Made by a program: the position numbers and the translations under genes. Positions 30,133 through 40,155 of a DNA stretch of 64,000 bases are shown one piece after another; position 1 is the stretch's first letter, and every line of letters begins with the position of its first letter. Location of the stretch: NCBI GenBank assembly GCA_963716205.1, contig OY970290.1, forward strand, positions 175,417 through 239,416, written 5' to 3'. The stretch is from an uncultured bacterium (GTDB lineage Bacteria; Patescibacteriota; Minisyncoccia; Phycocordibacterales; GWA1-40-21). The notes beneath the pieces were generated by a model that was given only the letters and a program-made list of their open reading frames with translations, did not search any database and had not been told where the DNA came from.

Positions 30133-32415
30133 ATGTACTTAAAGAGCATCGAAATTTCCGGATTCAAGTCGTTTGGCAAAAAAAGCTCGCTTGATTTCAA
30201 CGTACCCATTTCTGCCATTGTCGGTCCCAACGGCTCAGGCAAGTCCAATGTCGCGGAAGCATTCCGTTTTGTTTTGGGCGAGCAATCCATCAAATCTTTG
30301 CGCGGCAAACGTGCGGAGGATCTCATTTTCAACGGCGGCAAAGACGCAGCTCGTTCCAACCGCGCTTCAGTAAAATTGGTTTTTAATAATATCCAAAGAA
30401 TTCTCAATATTGATTTTGACGAAGTTGCGATCGAGCGCGTGGTGAACCGCGATTCTTCCAGCGAATATTTGATCAATGACTCGCCGGTGCGCCTTAAAGA
30501 TATCATCGAGATGCTTGCTTCCGCGCATATCGGAGCATCAGGACATCAGATTATTTCTCAAGGTGAAGCAGACAAAATTCTCAATGCAAACATGCGCGAG
30601 CGACGGGAAATGATAGAGGACGCGCTTTCACTGAAAATTTTCCAATATAAAAAAGAAGAAAGTCAAAGAAAACTCGAGAAGACCGAAGAAAATATCAAAC
30701 AAGTCGAATCATTGCGCCGTGAGATCGCTCCGCATATCAAATTTCTTAAAAAGCAGGTAGAAAAGATTGAGAAAACGGTGGAGATGAAAAACAATTTGGT
30801 TTCTCAATACCATGAATATTTCCGCCGAGAAGAAACGTATATTGATTTTGAAAAGAAAAATATTTCCGCTGAAAAGATACCACTTGTTTCCATAAAAGAA
30901 AAATTGGAAAAAGATCTGGCAGAGGCAAGACAAGTGCTTGCAAGCTCGTCATCAAAGGATCAGAAGTCCGACGAAGTTATGCATGTCGAAGGGAAGCTCA
31001 AGGATATTCGCACGGAGAAAGATTTGCTAACACGCGCCATCGGCAGGATTGAAGGGGAAATTTCATCGCTCGTAAGACTTGTGAAAAAACAGCAGGAAGC
31101 GAGCACGAATGCATTGCATAAGACCGTGGAGCTTGGAAGCGTAGAAAATCTTGCGAAGGAAATTGATCTGGAAATAGACAGCGTGATGCAGAGTTCGGAC
31201 GCCGGCAAGATAAAAGAAATTTTCGCATCGATCAAGAAAATTCTGAAAAATTTCATTGAGAAACATAAAGAGACAGAGGCAAAGCAGGAAATCAACGATC
31301 TCGAAGATGAGATCAAAAAGCTTGAGACAGAAAAGAAAGGATATGAAAGTAAAATTGCCGAGACGAGCAAATCTGAAACGGAATTAAGTGAGCAATATAC
31401 CTTTCTCAAAAATGAAATTGAAAAAGAGCGCGATTCAAACCGTGATGCAGAGAAAGCGATGTTTCGGATTGTTGCCGAGCAGAATGACATTCGCGGCAAG
31501 CTGGCAACTATTGAAAATAGGGAAGCGCGACTGCGGCATGACGAGGAAGAATTGAAACGGGAACTTTCGGAAGGCTCGATGCTCGTCGGTGTTTCCGCCT
31601 TGCATTATAAGGATTTCTGGCCGACCAATGAAAGCGGTGCGACACTTTCTGTCGAGGAAATTGTAAAGGAAGACAGACAAATGCAGGAGGACCGACACCG
31701 TGCGATTGAAAAAATAAAAATCCGTTTGGAGGATGCCGGAGTTGCCGGAGGTGATGAGATCGTCAAAGAATTCAAAGAGACCGAGGAACGGGATACATTC
31801 CTTGCGCGTGAATTGGAAGACTTGATCAAGTCAGCAGAATCATTGAAAAACCTGATCAAAGAGCTTGATGAAAAATTGACCAGCGAGTTCAAGATCGGTG
31901 TTACAAAAATAAACAATGAATTCCAGAAATTCTTCTCGGCGATGTTTGGCGGCGGCTCGGCGGCACTTTCTGTGATGAAAGAAAAAAAGCGAAAGAAGTC
32001 AGATACCGAATTACCGATGGGTGATGATGAAGAAGAATTGGTTGAAGAAGAGGAAGGCGATGAAGGATTGGAAATCGAAGTTTCACTTCCACGTAAAAAG
32101 ATCAAGGGTCTGATGATGCTCTCAGGCGGCGAGCGTGCGCTCACATCGATCGCGCTTCTCTTTGCTATCTCTGCGGTCAATCCGCCACCATTTATCATTC
32201 TTGATGAGACGGATGCCGCGCTTGACGAGGCGAACTCTAAAAAATATGGCGATATGATCTCCGAGCTTTCCAAATATTCCCAGCTCATTCTCATTACCCA
32301 CAATCGCGAGACGATGGCCCGTGCCGGTGTCATCTACGGCGTGACCATGGGCGCCGACGGCGTCTCCCGCCTCCTTTCCATTCAGTTTGAAGAAGCAGTG
32401 CAGGTGGCGAAGTAA
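30133..32415 (+). CDS. smc: SMC-family ATPase, short (760 aa)
   Basis: GFKSF, GPNGSGKSN, coiled coil, LSGGE, FIILDETDAALD, LITH; follows rnc. Confidence 0.88.
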   Translation: MYLKSIEISGFKSFGKKSSLDFNVPISAIVGPNGSGKSNVAEAFRFVLGEQSIKSLRGKRAEDLIFNGGKDAARSNRASVKLVFNNIQRILNIDFDEVAIERVVNRDSSSEYLINDSPVRLKDIIEMLASAHIGASGHQIISQGEADKILNANMRERREMIEDALSLKIFQYKKEESQRKLEKTEENIKQVESLRREIAPHIKFLKKQVEKIEKTVEMKNNLVSQYHEYFRREETYIDFEKKNISAEKIPLVSIKEKLEKDLAEARQVLASSSSKDQKSDEVMHVEGKLKDIRTEKDLLTRAIGRIEGEISSLVRLVKKQQEASTNALHKTVELGSVENLAKEIDLEIDSVMQSSDAGKIKEIFASIKKILKNFIEKHKETEAKQEINDLEDEIKKLETEKKGYESKIAETSKSETELSEQYTFLKNEIEKERDSNRDAEKAMFRIVAEQNDIRGKLATIENREARLRHDEEELKRELSEGSMLVGVSALHYKDFWPTNESGATLSVEEIVKEDRQMQEDRHRAIEKIKIRLEDAGVAGGDEIVKEFKETEERDTFLARELEDLIKSAESLKNLIKELDEKLTSEFKIGVTKINNEFQKFFSAMFGGGSAALSVMKEKKRKKSDTELPMGDDEEELVEEEEGDEGLEIEVSLPRKKIKGLMMLSGGERALTSIALLFAISAVNPPPFIILDETDAALDEANSKKYGDMISELSKYSQLILITHNRETMARAGVIYGVTMGADGVSRLLSIQFEEAVQVAK

Positions 32416-32611
32416 GAATTAACATTAATTTAAGCCATATTTTAACTATTGACAATATATATTATCTATGCTACTATCTTAAGGCAGTTCTTTACAATGA
32501 ATTATTACATCAGCGATTTGGTCGAATAAGATATTTTACTAAGTCGCTGCTGTAATAGTGGCGTGTCAGGAGGAGCGATCTTCCGACATTCTTCTGTAAG
32601 AGGAGAGAAAA

Positions 32612-33055
32612 ATGGAAAAAAAATCAGAAGTTCATGCCTTGGAATATGCCGTCGTTGAGTTCTTAGTCGAGTTGCGTTTATTCCTTTATCACAATACAGA
32701 CGCAGTCAAAGTTGCTTTAACGGAATTGGATCTTGGCCGATGTGGGTTAAAAATTTCCACTGAAAAGGAAACCGACGACAGCCAAGATGACATGAGGATA
32801 GCAACGGTTCATTCTACTGGGTGGAACGACGATCAATTCTTTGAAATTCATTTCAAGAAGGATGAAATGGGTTGGCATGTCAAATCAGGTGCAGTTGAGG
32901 GATTTCGTGAATTTTTCAGGCTGTTTGACTGGGCTGGCGATGAAAAAATTTATTTTTCATGCTATCTTTGCCCGGCAACACATAAGTTTGAAAAACTGAG
33001 CTTTCAAACCCTTATCGGCGCAGAACGAACGTATCAAGTTACTAAAAAGGTTTAA
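32612..33055 (+). CDS. Orphan protein with a long structured leader
   Basis: TTGACA-17-TACTAT, SD AGAGGAG. Confidence 0.65.
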   Translation: MEKKSEVHALEYAVVEFLVELRLFLYHNTDAVKVALTELDLGRCGLKISTEKETDDSQDDMRIATVHSTGWNDDQFFEIHFKKDEMGWHVKSGAVEGFREFFRLFDWAGDEKIYFSCYLCPATHKFEKLSFQTLIGAERTYQVTKKV

Positions 33056-33102
33056 GCAAACCTCTAAATAGCTTACATCAGACCGAAAGGTTTGGTGTTT
33101 TT

Positions 33103-35100
33103 TTATTCTCCAACTATCTCGTAATCCATCTGCCGCTTGTCCAAATCTGCGGAGACGAGTTTGATTTTCACTTTTTGTCCGAGCGAATAGACTTTTTTAT
33201 TTTTTTCTCCGACGATCGCATATTTTTTTGGATCAAGCACGTAGAAATCATCAGTGAGCGAGGAGAGCTTGATCATACCTTCGGCTTTTGTTTCCGTATC
33301 CTCGGCATAGATGCCCCATTCGGCGACGCCGGTGATCTGACCGTTGAAAGTTTGCCCGACTTTGTCGAGCATATATTCGATCTGTTTGTACTTTCTGCCA
33401 TCGCGCTCGGCTTCGGCGGCCTTGATCTCTTGTTCGGTCGAGTGAGAGCAGGCGTTTTCATAAAAGGAAATATTTTTCTCGGAGAGTGCGTGCTCGCTTA
33501 AAATATTGGCAAGCATGCGGTGCACGAGCATGTCCGGATAGCGGCGGATGGGCGAGGTGAAATGCGCGTAATATTCGAATGCGAGACCGAAGTGTCCGAT
33601 ATTTTTTACGGAGTAGATCGCTTTTGACATGGAGCGGATTGCCGCGGTTTTGACGAGGGCTTCCTCGGCTTTGCCTTCCACTTGAGCAAAAAGCGCCTGC
33701 ATGTCTTTGCCGGTTATCGAGCCATTTTTGCCGATCACGAGCTCATGACCAAGTGCTTTGACGAATACGGAAAGCTCCGCAATGCGTTCTCGGTCCGGGA
33801 AATCATGGATACGGTACGGAAGCGGGAAGCTCTTGCCGGATTTTTTCTCCGCCTTATAGACAAACTCCGCAACTTCTTTGTTTGCTAGAAGCATGTATTG
33901 CTCGACGAGCTTGTGAGTATCGAGATGCTCTTTTTTGTAAATCCGGATCGGCTTGCCAGTCTCATCGAGCTCAAAAGCGATCTCTTCTTGTTCAAAATCG
34001 ATCGCGCCTTTTTGCCATTTTTCTTTTTGCAGAAGTTTTGCAAGCCTGTTGAGCTCCGTTAGCTCTGCATGATACTCGCGAGACGGATTGTTGATCGCAT
34101 CTTGCGCGCTTTCATAAGTAAAGCGCTTGTTGGAATTGATGACAGTGCGCCCGAACCATTTTGAGTGAACATACGCCTTTGCGTCTATTTCAAATATCGC
34201 GGAGAAGGCGAGCTTGTCTTCGTTTTCATTGAGCGAACAGAGCTCATCCGAAAGCTCAAAGGGAAGCATGGGAATGGTCCGGTCAGGCAAATACACCGAA
34301 CAGCCACGTTTGTACGCTTCTTTATCGAGCTCGCTTTTTTCTTTTACATAATGCGAGACGTCGGCAATATGCACGCCGATCTCATAATTGCCATTCGGAA
34401 GCTTTTTGAATGAAATAGCATCGTCGAAATCTTTTGCAGTTTTCGGGTCGATGGTCGCGGTGAGCGTGCTTCGCATATCGCGCCTCTTTGCAATCTCTTC
34501 TGCCGGCACTTTTCGATTTTCTTCAAATATTTTTTTTGATTCCGCAAGAACTTTTTCCGGAAAGGTATATTCAAAGCCGCGGTCAAGTGCCATGGAATTC
34601 ATTTCGGTCGAATTGTCGCCTTTTTTGCCAAGGATAGTGACGATTTCTGCTTTCGAATTATTCGGCCATCCGACCCATTTGGTAATCTTCACACGAACTT
34701 TATCTTTATCTTCTGCCTTACTCGCTTTTTCTTTGGGAATGAAAACAGAAAGTTTTAGTTTCTTGTCATCAGGAATGAATTGAATACCTTTCGAGGAGAT
34801 TTCAATTGTGCCGACAAAAAGTGTTTTCGCCCGGCTGATTATTTTTGAAACTTCACCTTCCATTTTCCCGGCTTTATTTTTTTTGAAATAGACTGCAACC
34901 TCGACAGTATCGCCAGACATTGCGGTTTTCAGCTGGCGTGTGGAAATCTCCACCTCGGTTTTTTTATCAGCGGTAATAAAATAGGCAACATTGCCTCTGA
35001 TCGCTTTTATCGTGCCCGTCAAAACTGTACCTTCTCCACCCTTCAGTTTTTGAAAATGTGTATGTTTGCGGTCGCTTCCGGATTTGTTGTGTCGTTCCAT
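33103..35100 (-). CDS. rnr: Ribonuclease R
   Basis: TIDPKTAKDFDDA, HIADVS, HFTSPIRRYPD, S1 domain. Confidence 0.95.
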   Translation of the reverse strand: MERHNKSGSDRKHTHFQKLKGGEGTVLTGTIKAIRGNVAYFITADKKTEVEISTRQLKTAMSGDTVEVAVYFKKNKAGKMEGEVSKIISRAKTLFVGTIEISSKGIQFIPDDKKLKLSVFIPKEKASKAEDKDKVRVKITKWVGWPNNSKAEIVTILGKKGDNSTEMNSMALDRGFEYTFPEKVLAESKKIFEENRKVPAEEIAKRRDMRSTLTATIDPKTAKDFDDAISFKKLPNGNYEIGVHIADVSHYVKEKSELDKEAYKRGCSVYLPDRTIPMLPFELSDELCSLNENEDKLAFSAIFEIDAKAYVHSKWFGRTVINSNKRFTYESAQDAINNPSREYHAELTELNRLAKLLQKEKWQKGAIDFEQEEIAFELDETGKPIRIYKKEHLDTHKLVEQYMLLANKEVAEFVYKAEKKSGKSFPLPYRIHDFPDRERIAELSVFVKALGHELVIGKNGSITGKDMQALFAQVEGKAEEALVKTAAIRSMSKAIYSVKNIGHFGLAFEYYAHFTSPIRRYPDMLVHRMLANILSEHALSEKNISFYENACSHSTEQEIKAAEAERDGRKYKQIEYMLDKVGQTFNGQITGVAEWGIYAEDTETKAEGMIKLSSLTDDFYVLDPKKYAIVGEKNKKVYSLGQKVKIKLVSADLDKRQMDYEIVGE

Positions 35101-35183
35101 GAAAGCATTATGATAGCAGAAAAAGAGTTACTTGTATATTCACCTTGCAAATTTGGCGTTTTTTGCTAGTATAGCGCCTACAT

Positions 35184-35588
35184 ATGTTAATAATCAGATT
35201 ACAGCGGGTAGGAAGAGTCCACGAGCCGGTTTTCCGTATCGTTCTTACCGATTCAAAATTCGGACCAAAATCCGGCAAACCCGTCGAGGTTCTCGGCTCG
35301 TATGATGCGCGAAAAGGAAAGGGAACAAATAAAATTGACGCCGAGAAAGCAAAATATTGGATCTCAAAGGGCGCGCAGGTTTCCGAGACAGTCCATAATT
35401 TCCTCGTTGATCAAAAAATCATTTCCGGAAAGAAGATCAACGTTCTCCCAAAGAATAAAATCATCAACGCCAAAAAGGCAAAGGAGGCAGAAGAAGCCGC
35501 AAAGAAAGCAAAAGAAGCACCTGCGCCAGCGGAAGCTCCGGCAGCCGCCGCAGAGCCAGTAGCAGAAGCGGCACCAGCACAAGCATAA
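35184..35588 (+). CDS. rpsP: 30S ribosomal protein bS16
   Basis: MLIIRLQRVG..FRIV..LGSYD..WISKGAQVS. Confidence 0.96.
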   Translation: MLIIRLQRVGRVHEPVFRIVLTDSKFGPKSGKPVEVLGSYDARKGKGTNKIDAEKAKYWISKGAQVSETVHNFLVDQKIISGKKINVLPKNKIINAKKAKEAEEAAKKAKEAPAPAEAPAAAAEPVAEAAPAQA

Positions 35589-35697
35589 AACAAAAAATTC
35601 CGCTTTGCGGAATTTTTTCATTATGATAAACTTCAAACAAGCAGTTTTATTACATAATCCGCTGGACGAACTGCTGCGGATTTCAGAACATAATGCA

Positions 35698-36027
35698 ATG
35701 GCAGAACAAGATGCAAAATTCCTGGAGCTTGTCATAAAGTCTCTGGTTGATTCGCCGGATAAGGTGAAAATTACAAGAACAGTGGATGAGATGGGCGTAC
35801 TGCTTACTCTCGTCGTCGACAATGCTGATATGGGCAAAGTCATCGGACGATCGGGCAATACCGCAAAAGCAATCAGAACGCTTTTGAGAGTTGTCGGAAT
35901 GAAAAACAATTCCCGCGTGAATTTGAAGATTGAAGAGCCGGAAGGCGTCGCGCCGAGAATGGCGACAGTCTCAAAGGAACAGCAGACAAAGACCGTCGAT
36001 GAAGCGATGGCAGATTTGAAATTATAA
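35698..36027 (+). CDS. khpA: KH-domain RNA-binding protein
   Basis: DMGKVIGRSGNTAKAIRTLL; lies between rpsP and trmD. Confidence 0.9.
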   Translation: MAEQDAKFLELVIKSLVDSPDKVKITRTVDEMGVLLTLVVDNADMGKVIGRSGNTAKAIRTLLRVVGMKNNSRVNLKIEEPEGVAPRMATVSKEQQTKTVDEAMADLKL

Positions 36028-36044
36028 TTTTAAATTCAAAATAG

Positions 36045-36077
36045 AAAAAGAGCGGCGCCTACAGCGCCGCTCTTTTT
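36045..36077. repeat. REP-like palindrome/terminator, copy 3 (inverted, one substitution)
   Basis: Reverse complement AAAAAGAGCGGCGCTGTAGGCGCCGCTCTTTTT. Confidence 0.8.
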
Positions 36078-36115
36078 ATTTGTATTTTTTCATTTTTTAT
36101 TGTATTTTGAATCTA

Positions 36116-36832
36116 ATGAATTTCCATATCATCACCTTGTTTCCGGAATCCTTCAGCTCATATCTCAATGAGTCGATCTTGGCGCGTGCACAGGAAAATA
36201 AAAAAATAAAATTTTCTTTCTATAATCCCCGCGAAGTTGTCATTCCGACAAAAGCACAGAAGAAAAATAAAAAGCCTTATTTGCGAGTGGACGATAAGCC
36301 ATATGGGGGCGGAGCAGGAATGGTATTGCAAGCGGAACCTATTTTGAAAACGTTTGCAAAGGTTGAGAAAAAAATGAAAAGCAAAAAAAGAAAAGTCGTC
36401 ATTTTTTCCGCAAAAGGGAAATTTTTCAACCAGAAAATCGCCTATGACTGGGCGAAAAAATATGAAGAAATCGTTTTTATCACCGGCCGTTACGAAGGCA
36501 TTGATGAGCGGGTGAAGGATGCTCTGAAAGCTGAAGAAATTTCAATCGGTCCGTATGTACTCACGGATGGAGACGTTGCTGCAATGGTTGTTTCTTCTGC
36601 TGTAGCCAGGCTTGTGCCGGGCGTTATCAGATTGGAATCGCTCAAGGAAGAGTCATACTGGAATTTATTATTAAAGAAAGAGAAAGACGGGGCGATCGGT
36701 GAGAATGGTTTGGAATATCCGCATTATACTCGACCGGAAGTTTTGGTTTATAAAGGCAAAAAATATTCCGTGCCGAAAGTTTTACTCTCCGGCAATCACA
36801 AAAAGATTGAGGAGTGGAGAAAAAACAAATAA
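36116..36832 (+). CDS. trmD: tRNA (guanine37-N1)-methyltransferase
   Basis: VDDKPYGGGAGM, GRYEGIDERV, EYPHYTRP. Confidence 0.97.
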   Translation: MNFHIITLFPESFSSYLNESILARAQENKKIKFSFYNPREVVIPTKAQKKNKKPYLRVDDKPYGGGAGMVLQAEPILKTFAKVEKKMKSKKRKVVIFSAKGKFFNQKIAYDWAKKYEEIVFITGRYEGIDERVKDALKAEEISIGPYVLTDGDVAAMVVSSAVARLVPGVIRLESLKEESYWNLLLKKEKDGAIGENGLEYPHYTRPEVLVYKGKKYSVPKVLLSGNHKKIEEWRKNK

Positions 36833-36872
36833 AAAAGCCCTGCAAAGAAAAGCGGGGCTTTTGCTTGAAAAA

Positions 36873-37220
36873 TCAAATAGGATGTTTTTTGAGAAAATTT
36901 TTTAAAACATAGTCTAACGATTCTTTGGCCTCTTTGTTGAGGCCAGCGAGAAATTCGTTATCAAAAAGGACTTCTTTCTCGTAAAATCTGTATCTCTCAT
37001 CCTCAACCTTGGTGATTTTTTCTCCTGCATCTCGAAATAAACCAGGATAATTGATCATCGCTGAGTCGATCGAATCTTCCGAGATATCAATTAACAGATC
37101 AGAATCTTTCATCAACAGCTCGTCTCTGAACCTGCGAATCTCGGAAAGTTTGATTTCTTTCATTCCCAGTTTTATGGTCAGAAGCGCAAGGATACTGTCC
37201 GCCTCTAATTTGTAATGCAT
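36873..37220 (-). CDS. Orphan protein
   Basis: SD AGGAGG; downstream hairpin 36835-36861. Confidence 0.65.
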   Translation of the reverse strand: MHYKLEADSILALLTIKLGMKEIKLSEIRRFRDELLMKDSDLLIDISEDSIDSAMINYPGLFRDAGEKITKVEDERYRFYEKEVLFDNEFLAGLNKEAKESLDYVLKNFLKKHPI

Positions 37221-37433
37221 AACAACCTCCTGATACTTTCGATTTTATGTGATTGAACTACCGACTTAATATTAGCATATAAAAGAATTTTTCAAAATGA
37301 AGGAAAAATAAAATTCCAAAAAATTATTTTTGAGTTATCAACAGTTTTTTTGTTTTCGCTCTGTCATATATTGCAGCTGGTGATACAATTTAAGTGAAAG
37401 TCGATTATTAGCAACTAATATAATCTTACTCCC

Positions 37434-37499
37434 ATGAAGAAAAAAATGAAGAAAGCTACAAAGAAGACCACGAAGAAAGCAAAGAAAGGAAAAAGATAG
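37434..37499 (+). CDS. 21-aa Lys-rich micro-protein
   Basis: MKKKMKKATKKTTKKAKKGKR; TATAAT upstream, hairpin terminator 37505-37530. Confidence 0.6.
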   Translation: MKKKMKKATKKTTKKAKKGKR

Positions 37500-37556
37500 T
37501 TCGAAAAACATCCGCACAAGCGGATGTTTTGATTTTGTGTATGCTAGAATGTTTCC

Positions 37557-39224
37557 ATGACCCAAAAGGAAGCGATGGAAATTTTGAAGATGGGATACAA
37601 CTGCTATGTCACCGGTGCGGCGGGAAGCGGCAAGACGCATCTGCTCAATGAATATATAAAATTCCTCAAAAACAAAGGTGTGGAAGTCGGTGTCACGGCT
37701 TCAACCGGCATTGCGGCGACGCACATGGGCGGCATGACGATTCACTCATGGAGCGGGCTCGGCATTGCCGATACATTGACCGAATATGATTTGGAAAATC
37801 TCGAGACAAAAAAATATTTGCAGGAGAGATTGAAAAATACCGAGGCGCTTGTCATTGACGAGGTTTCAATGATTCATCACTTTCGTTTGGATTTGATAGA
37901 ACGAATTGTGCGCCATCTCAAAAAAAATCAACTTCCGTTTGGTGGAATGCAAATTATTCTCTGTGGAGATTTTTTTCAGCTTCCGCCGGTTTCCCGGATA
38001 GGCGAGCGGGAATCGCTTTTTCCGTATCGATCCGAGACATGGAAGAAATTAAATCTGAAAATCTGTTATCTTGAGGAACAATATCGCCATAAAGACGACA
38101 AATTCATCAAAATTTTGAATGGAATCAGAAACGGTTTTGTCAGCGATGAATCGCTTGCGCATCTCAAAGAAAGATTTAATGTAAAATTTGGAAATGGAAT
38201 AATTCCGACCAAGCTTCACACGCACAATATCAATGTCGACTCTATCAATGATTTTGAATTGAACAAATTGCCCGGGCAAATGTTCACATTTCAAATGGAA
38301 TCAAAAGGCAGAAAGGCGTTGGTGGATGCTTTGAAAAAAAGCTGTCTGGCACCGGAAATTTTGCGGCTGAAAATCGGTGCGAGTGTTATGTTTGTCAAAA
38401 ATAATTTTGATGCCGGATATGCCAATGGCACACTGGGAAAAGTGATTTCCTGTGATACGTACGGTCCGAAAGTCATGCTGGTTTCCGGCAAAATAATCAT
38501 TCTGGAAAAAGAATCATGGGTGATTGAGGAAGAAGGAAAAACAAAAGCGATTATCACGCAGTATCCGCTCCGCCTCGCATGGGCGATTACCGTGCACAAA
38601 AGCCAGGGCATGAGCCTGGATGCTGTCGAAGTCGACCTCTCGAAATCGTTTGAAAAAGGAATGGGCTACGTGGCGCTTTCGCGCGTGAGAACTTTGGACG
38701 GATTGAAATTGCTCGGTTTGAATAAAAATGCGCTTGAGGTCCGCGAAGATATTGCGCTCTTTGATGAAGAACTGCGAGACTTGTCGGCAAAAGATAAAAG
38801 CTGGCTGCATTCGCTCGATGACAGAGAGATAAAAGAAAAGCAGGAAGAATTTTGGGAAAAAATTGCGCCGGCTGACGGCATAAAAAAGAAAAATAAGAAA
38901 AATCGCATCTCGCCGATCGAAGAAACCCGGAATATGCTGGGAGAGGGAATGGGATTGAAAGAAATTTTGGAAATAAAAGGCGTGAAGCTCGGCACGATCC
39001 TCGATCATATTGAAAAAATTTTAGAAAAAGAACCGGATTTTGACATCAATCATTTAAAGGACGAGGTGCCGCCGGGAAAATTCAAAAAAGCGTATATGAT
39101 GTTCCGCGAAATGTATGGCGAGAACCGCGATTTTCTGCTCGCACCGGTCAAAAATAAACTTGGTGACGGATTTTCCTATGAGGAGTTGAGAATTGTAAGA
39201 TTATTTGTAAAAAAGAATCTATAA
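37557..39224 (+). CDS. PIF1/RecD-like SF1B helicase with C-terminal HTH-like domain
   Basis: GAAGSGKT, ASTGIAA, IDEVSM, GDFFQLPP, WAITVHKSQGMS, YVALSR. Confidence 0.92.
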   Translation: MTQKEAMEILKMGYNCYVTGAAGSGKTHLLNEYIKFLKNKGVEVGVTASTGIAATHMGGMTIHSWSGLGIADTLTEYDLENLETKKYLQERLKNTEALVIDEVSMIHHFRLDLIERIVRHLKKNQLPFGGMQIILCGDFFQLPPVSRIGERESLFPYRSETWKKLNLKICYLEEQYRHKDDKFIKILNGIRNGFVSDESLAHLKERFNVKFGNGIIPTKLHTHNINVDSINDFELNKLPGQMFTFQMESKGRKALVDALKKSCLAPEILRLKIGASVMFVKNNFDAGYANGTLGKVISCDTYGPKVMLVSGKIIILEKESWVIEEEGKTKAIITQYPLRLAWAITVHKSQGMSLDAVEVDLSKSFEKGMGYVALSRVRTLDGLKLLGLNKNALEVREDIALFDEELRDLSAKDKSWLHSLDDREIKEKQEEFWEKIAPADGIKKKNKKNRISPIEETRNMLGEGMGLKEILEIKGVKLGTILDHIEKILEKEPDFDINHLKDEVPPGKFKKAYMMFREMYGENRDFLLAPVKNKLGDGFSYEELRIVRLFVKKNL

Positions 39225-39239
39225 TATATATTATAAGAT

Positions 39240-40118
39240 ATGACTTTTAATCAAAAGCAGATGAAAAAGATTTTGCTTTCAGAGTTGAAAAAAGCTGAAG
39301 CAAAAGTTACTCATAGACGGGTAGCTTGTCTTCTTGAAAGTTTCAAGGGAAGTGTATATACAGGACATAATTTTGAGAAAACTATTCCAATGCATTTTTA
39401 TCATGCGGAAGATATGGCTATAAACAAAATGGAAAGATCAAAAGATAAATCCGGTATTAAAAATATAATAATGGCTGGTTATGGTAGGTTGAATAAATAT
39501 AGACAAGTCAGCCCTTGCGAGAATTGTTTCAAATTACTTAAGCCATATTTTAAAAAACAGACAAAATTAACGATATATGAACCGAATACTCATAAATATC
39601 CCTTAAAGTTTTCATTGAAAGAAATTCTTAAATCATATGCCAAAATTGGTTATTCAAAAATTTCTGGAAATAATCTTTCAAGTATTAAAAAATCTTTAAA
39701 AGAAAAAACTTTATTAAAAAGGAAAGATATACTGTTTGCAGCCGGCCTTAGACTTCTTGGTTTAAAAAATCATATCAAATTTTATCTTACAGGGAGTAGT
39801 TCTGGGCGGACAGGGCTGGTGAAGTTGATAAAAGAAAAACAGAAAAAGTCTTATGACGATATAGATATCGTTATTATATCTAAAATAAATAATAAAAGAA
39901 TTGAATCAATTATAAGTAAATACATTGGAAAGGTTTACAACGGGATATATTTAAAAAGAAAAAAACATATTATTTACATTAAAAATGCACCTAAGGAAGA
40001 ATTGAATTATTTTTTAGATTCTAAAAAAATAGTGAGTATAACTATAGGGAAAAATCCGAGAGGAGCTTTTACAAGAATGGATTATTTCAGGAATAATTGG
40101 TTTCATCAGTTATCATAA
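39240..40118 (+). CDS. Cytidine-deaminase-like / nucleotidyltransferase-like fusion
   Basis: HAE..SPCENC in the N-half; LTGSS..DDIDIV in the C-half; AT-rich. Confidence 0.65.
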   Translation: MTFNQKQMKKILLSELKKAEAKVTHRRVACLLESFKGSVYTGHNFEKTIPMHFYHAEDMAINKMERSKDKSGIKNIIMAGYGRLNKYRQVSPCENCFKLLKPYFKKQTKLTIYEPNTHKYPLKFSLKEILKSYAKIGYSKISGNNLSSIKKSLKEKTLLKRKDILFAAGLRLLGLKNHIKFYLTGSSSGRTGLVKLIKEKQKKSYDDIDIVIISKINNKRIESIISKYIGKVYNGIYLKRKKHIIYIKNAPKEELNYFLDSKKIVSITIGKNPRGAFTRMDYFRNNWFHQLS

Positions 40119-40155
40119 TAGAAATAAAAAATGTCCCAAGAAATCTTGAGACATT

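Noticed and set aside
35184-36832. rimM missing from rpsP-khpA-trmD
   Set aside because: Loss or relocation is unremarkable in reduced genomes and cannot be judged from one window.
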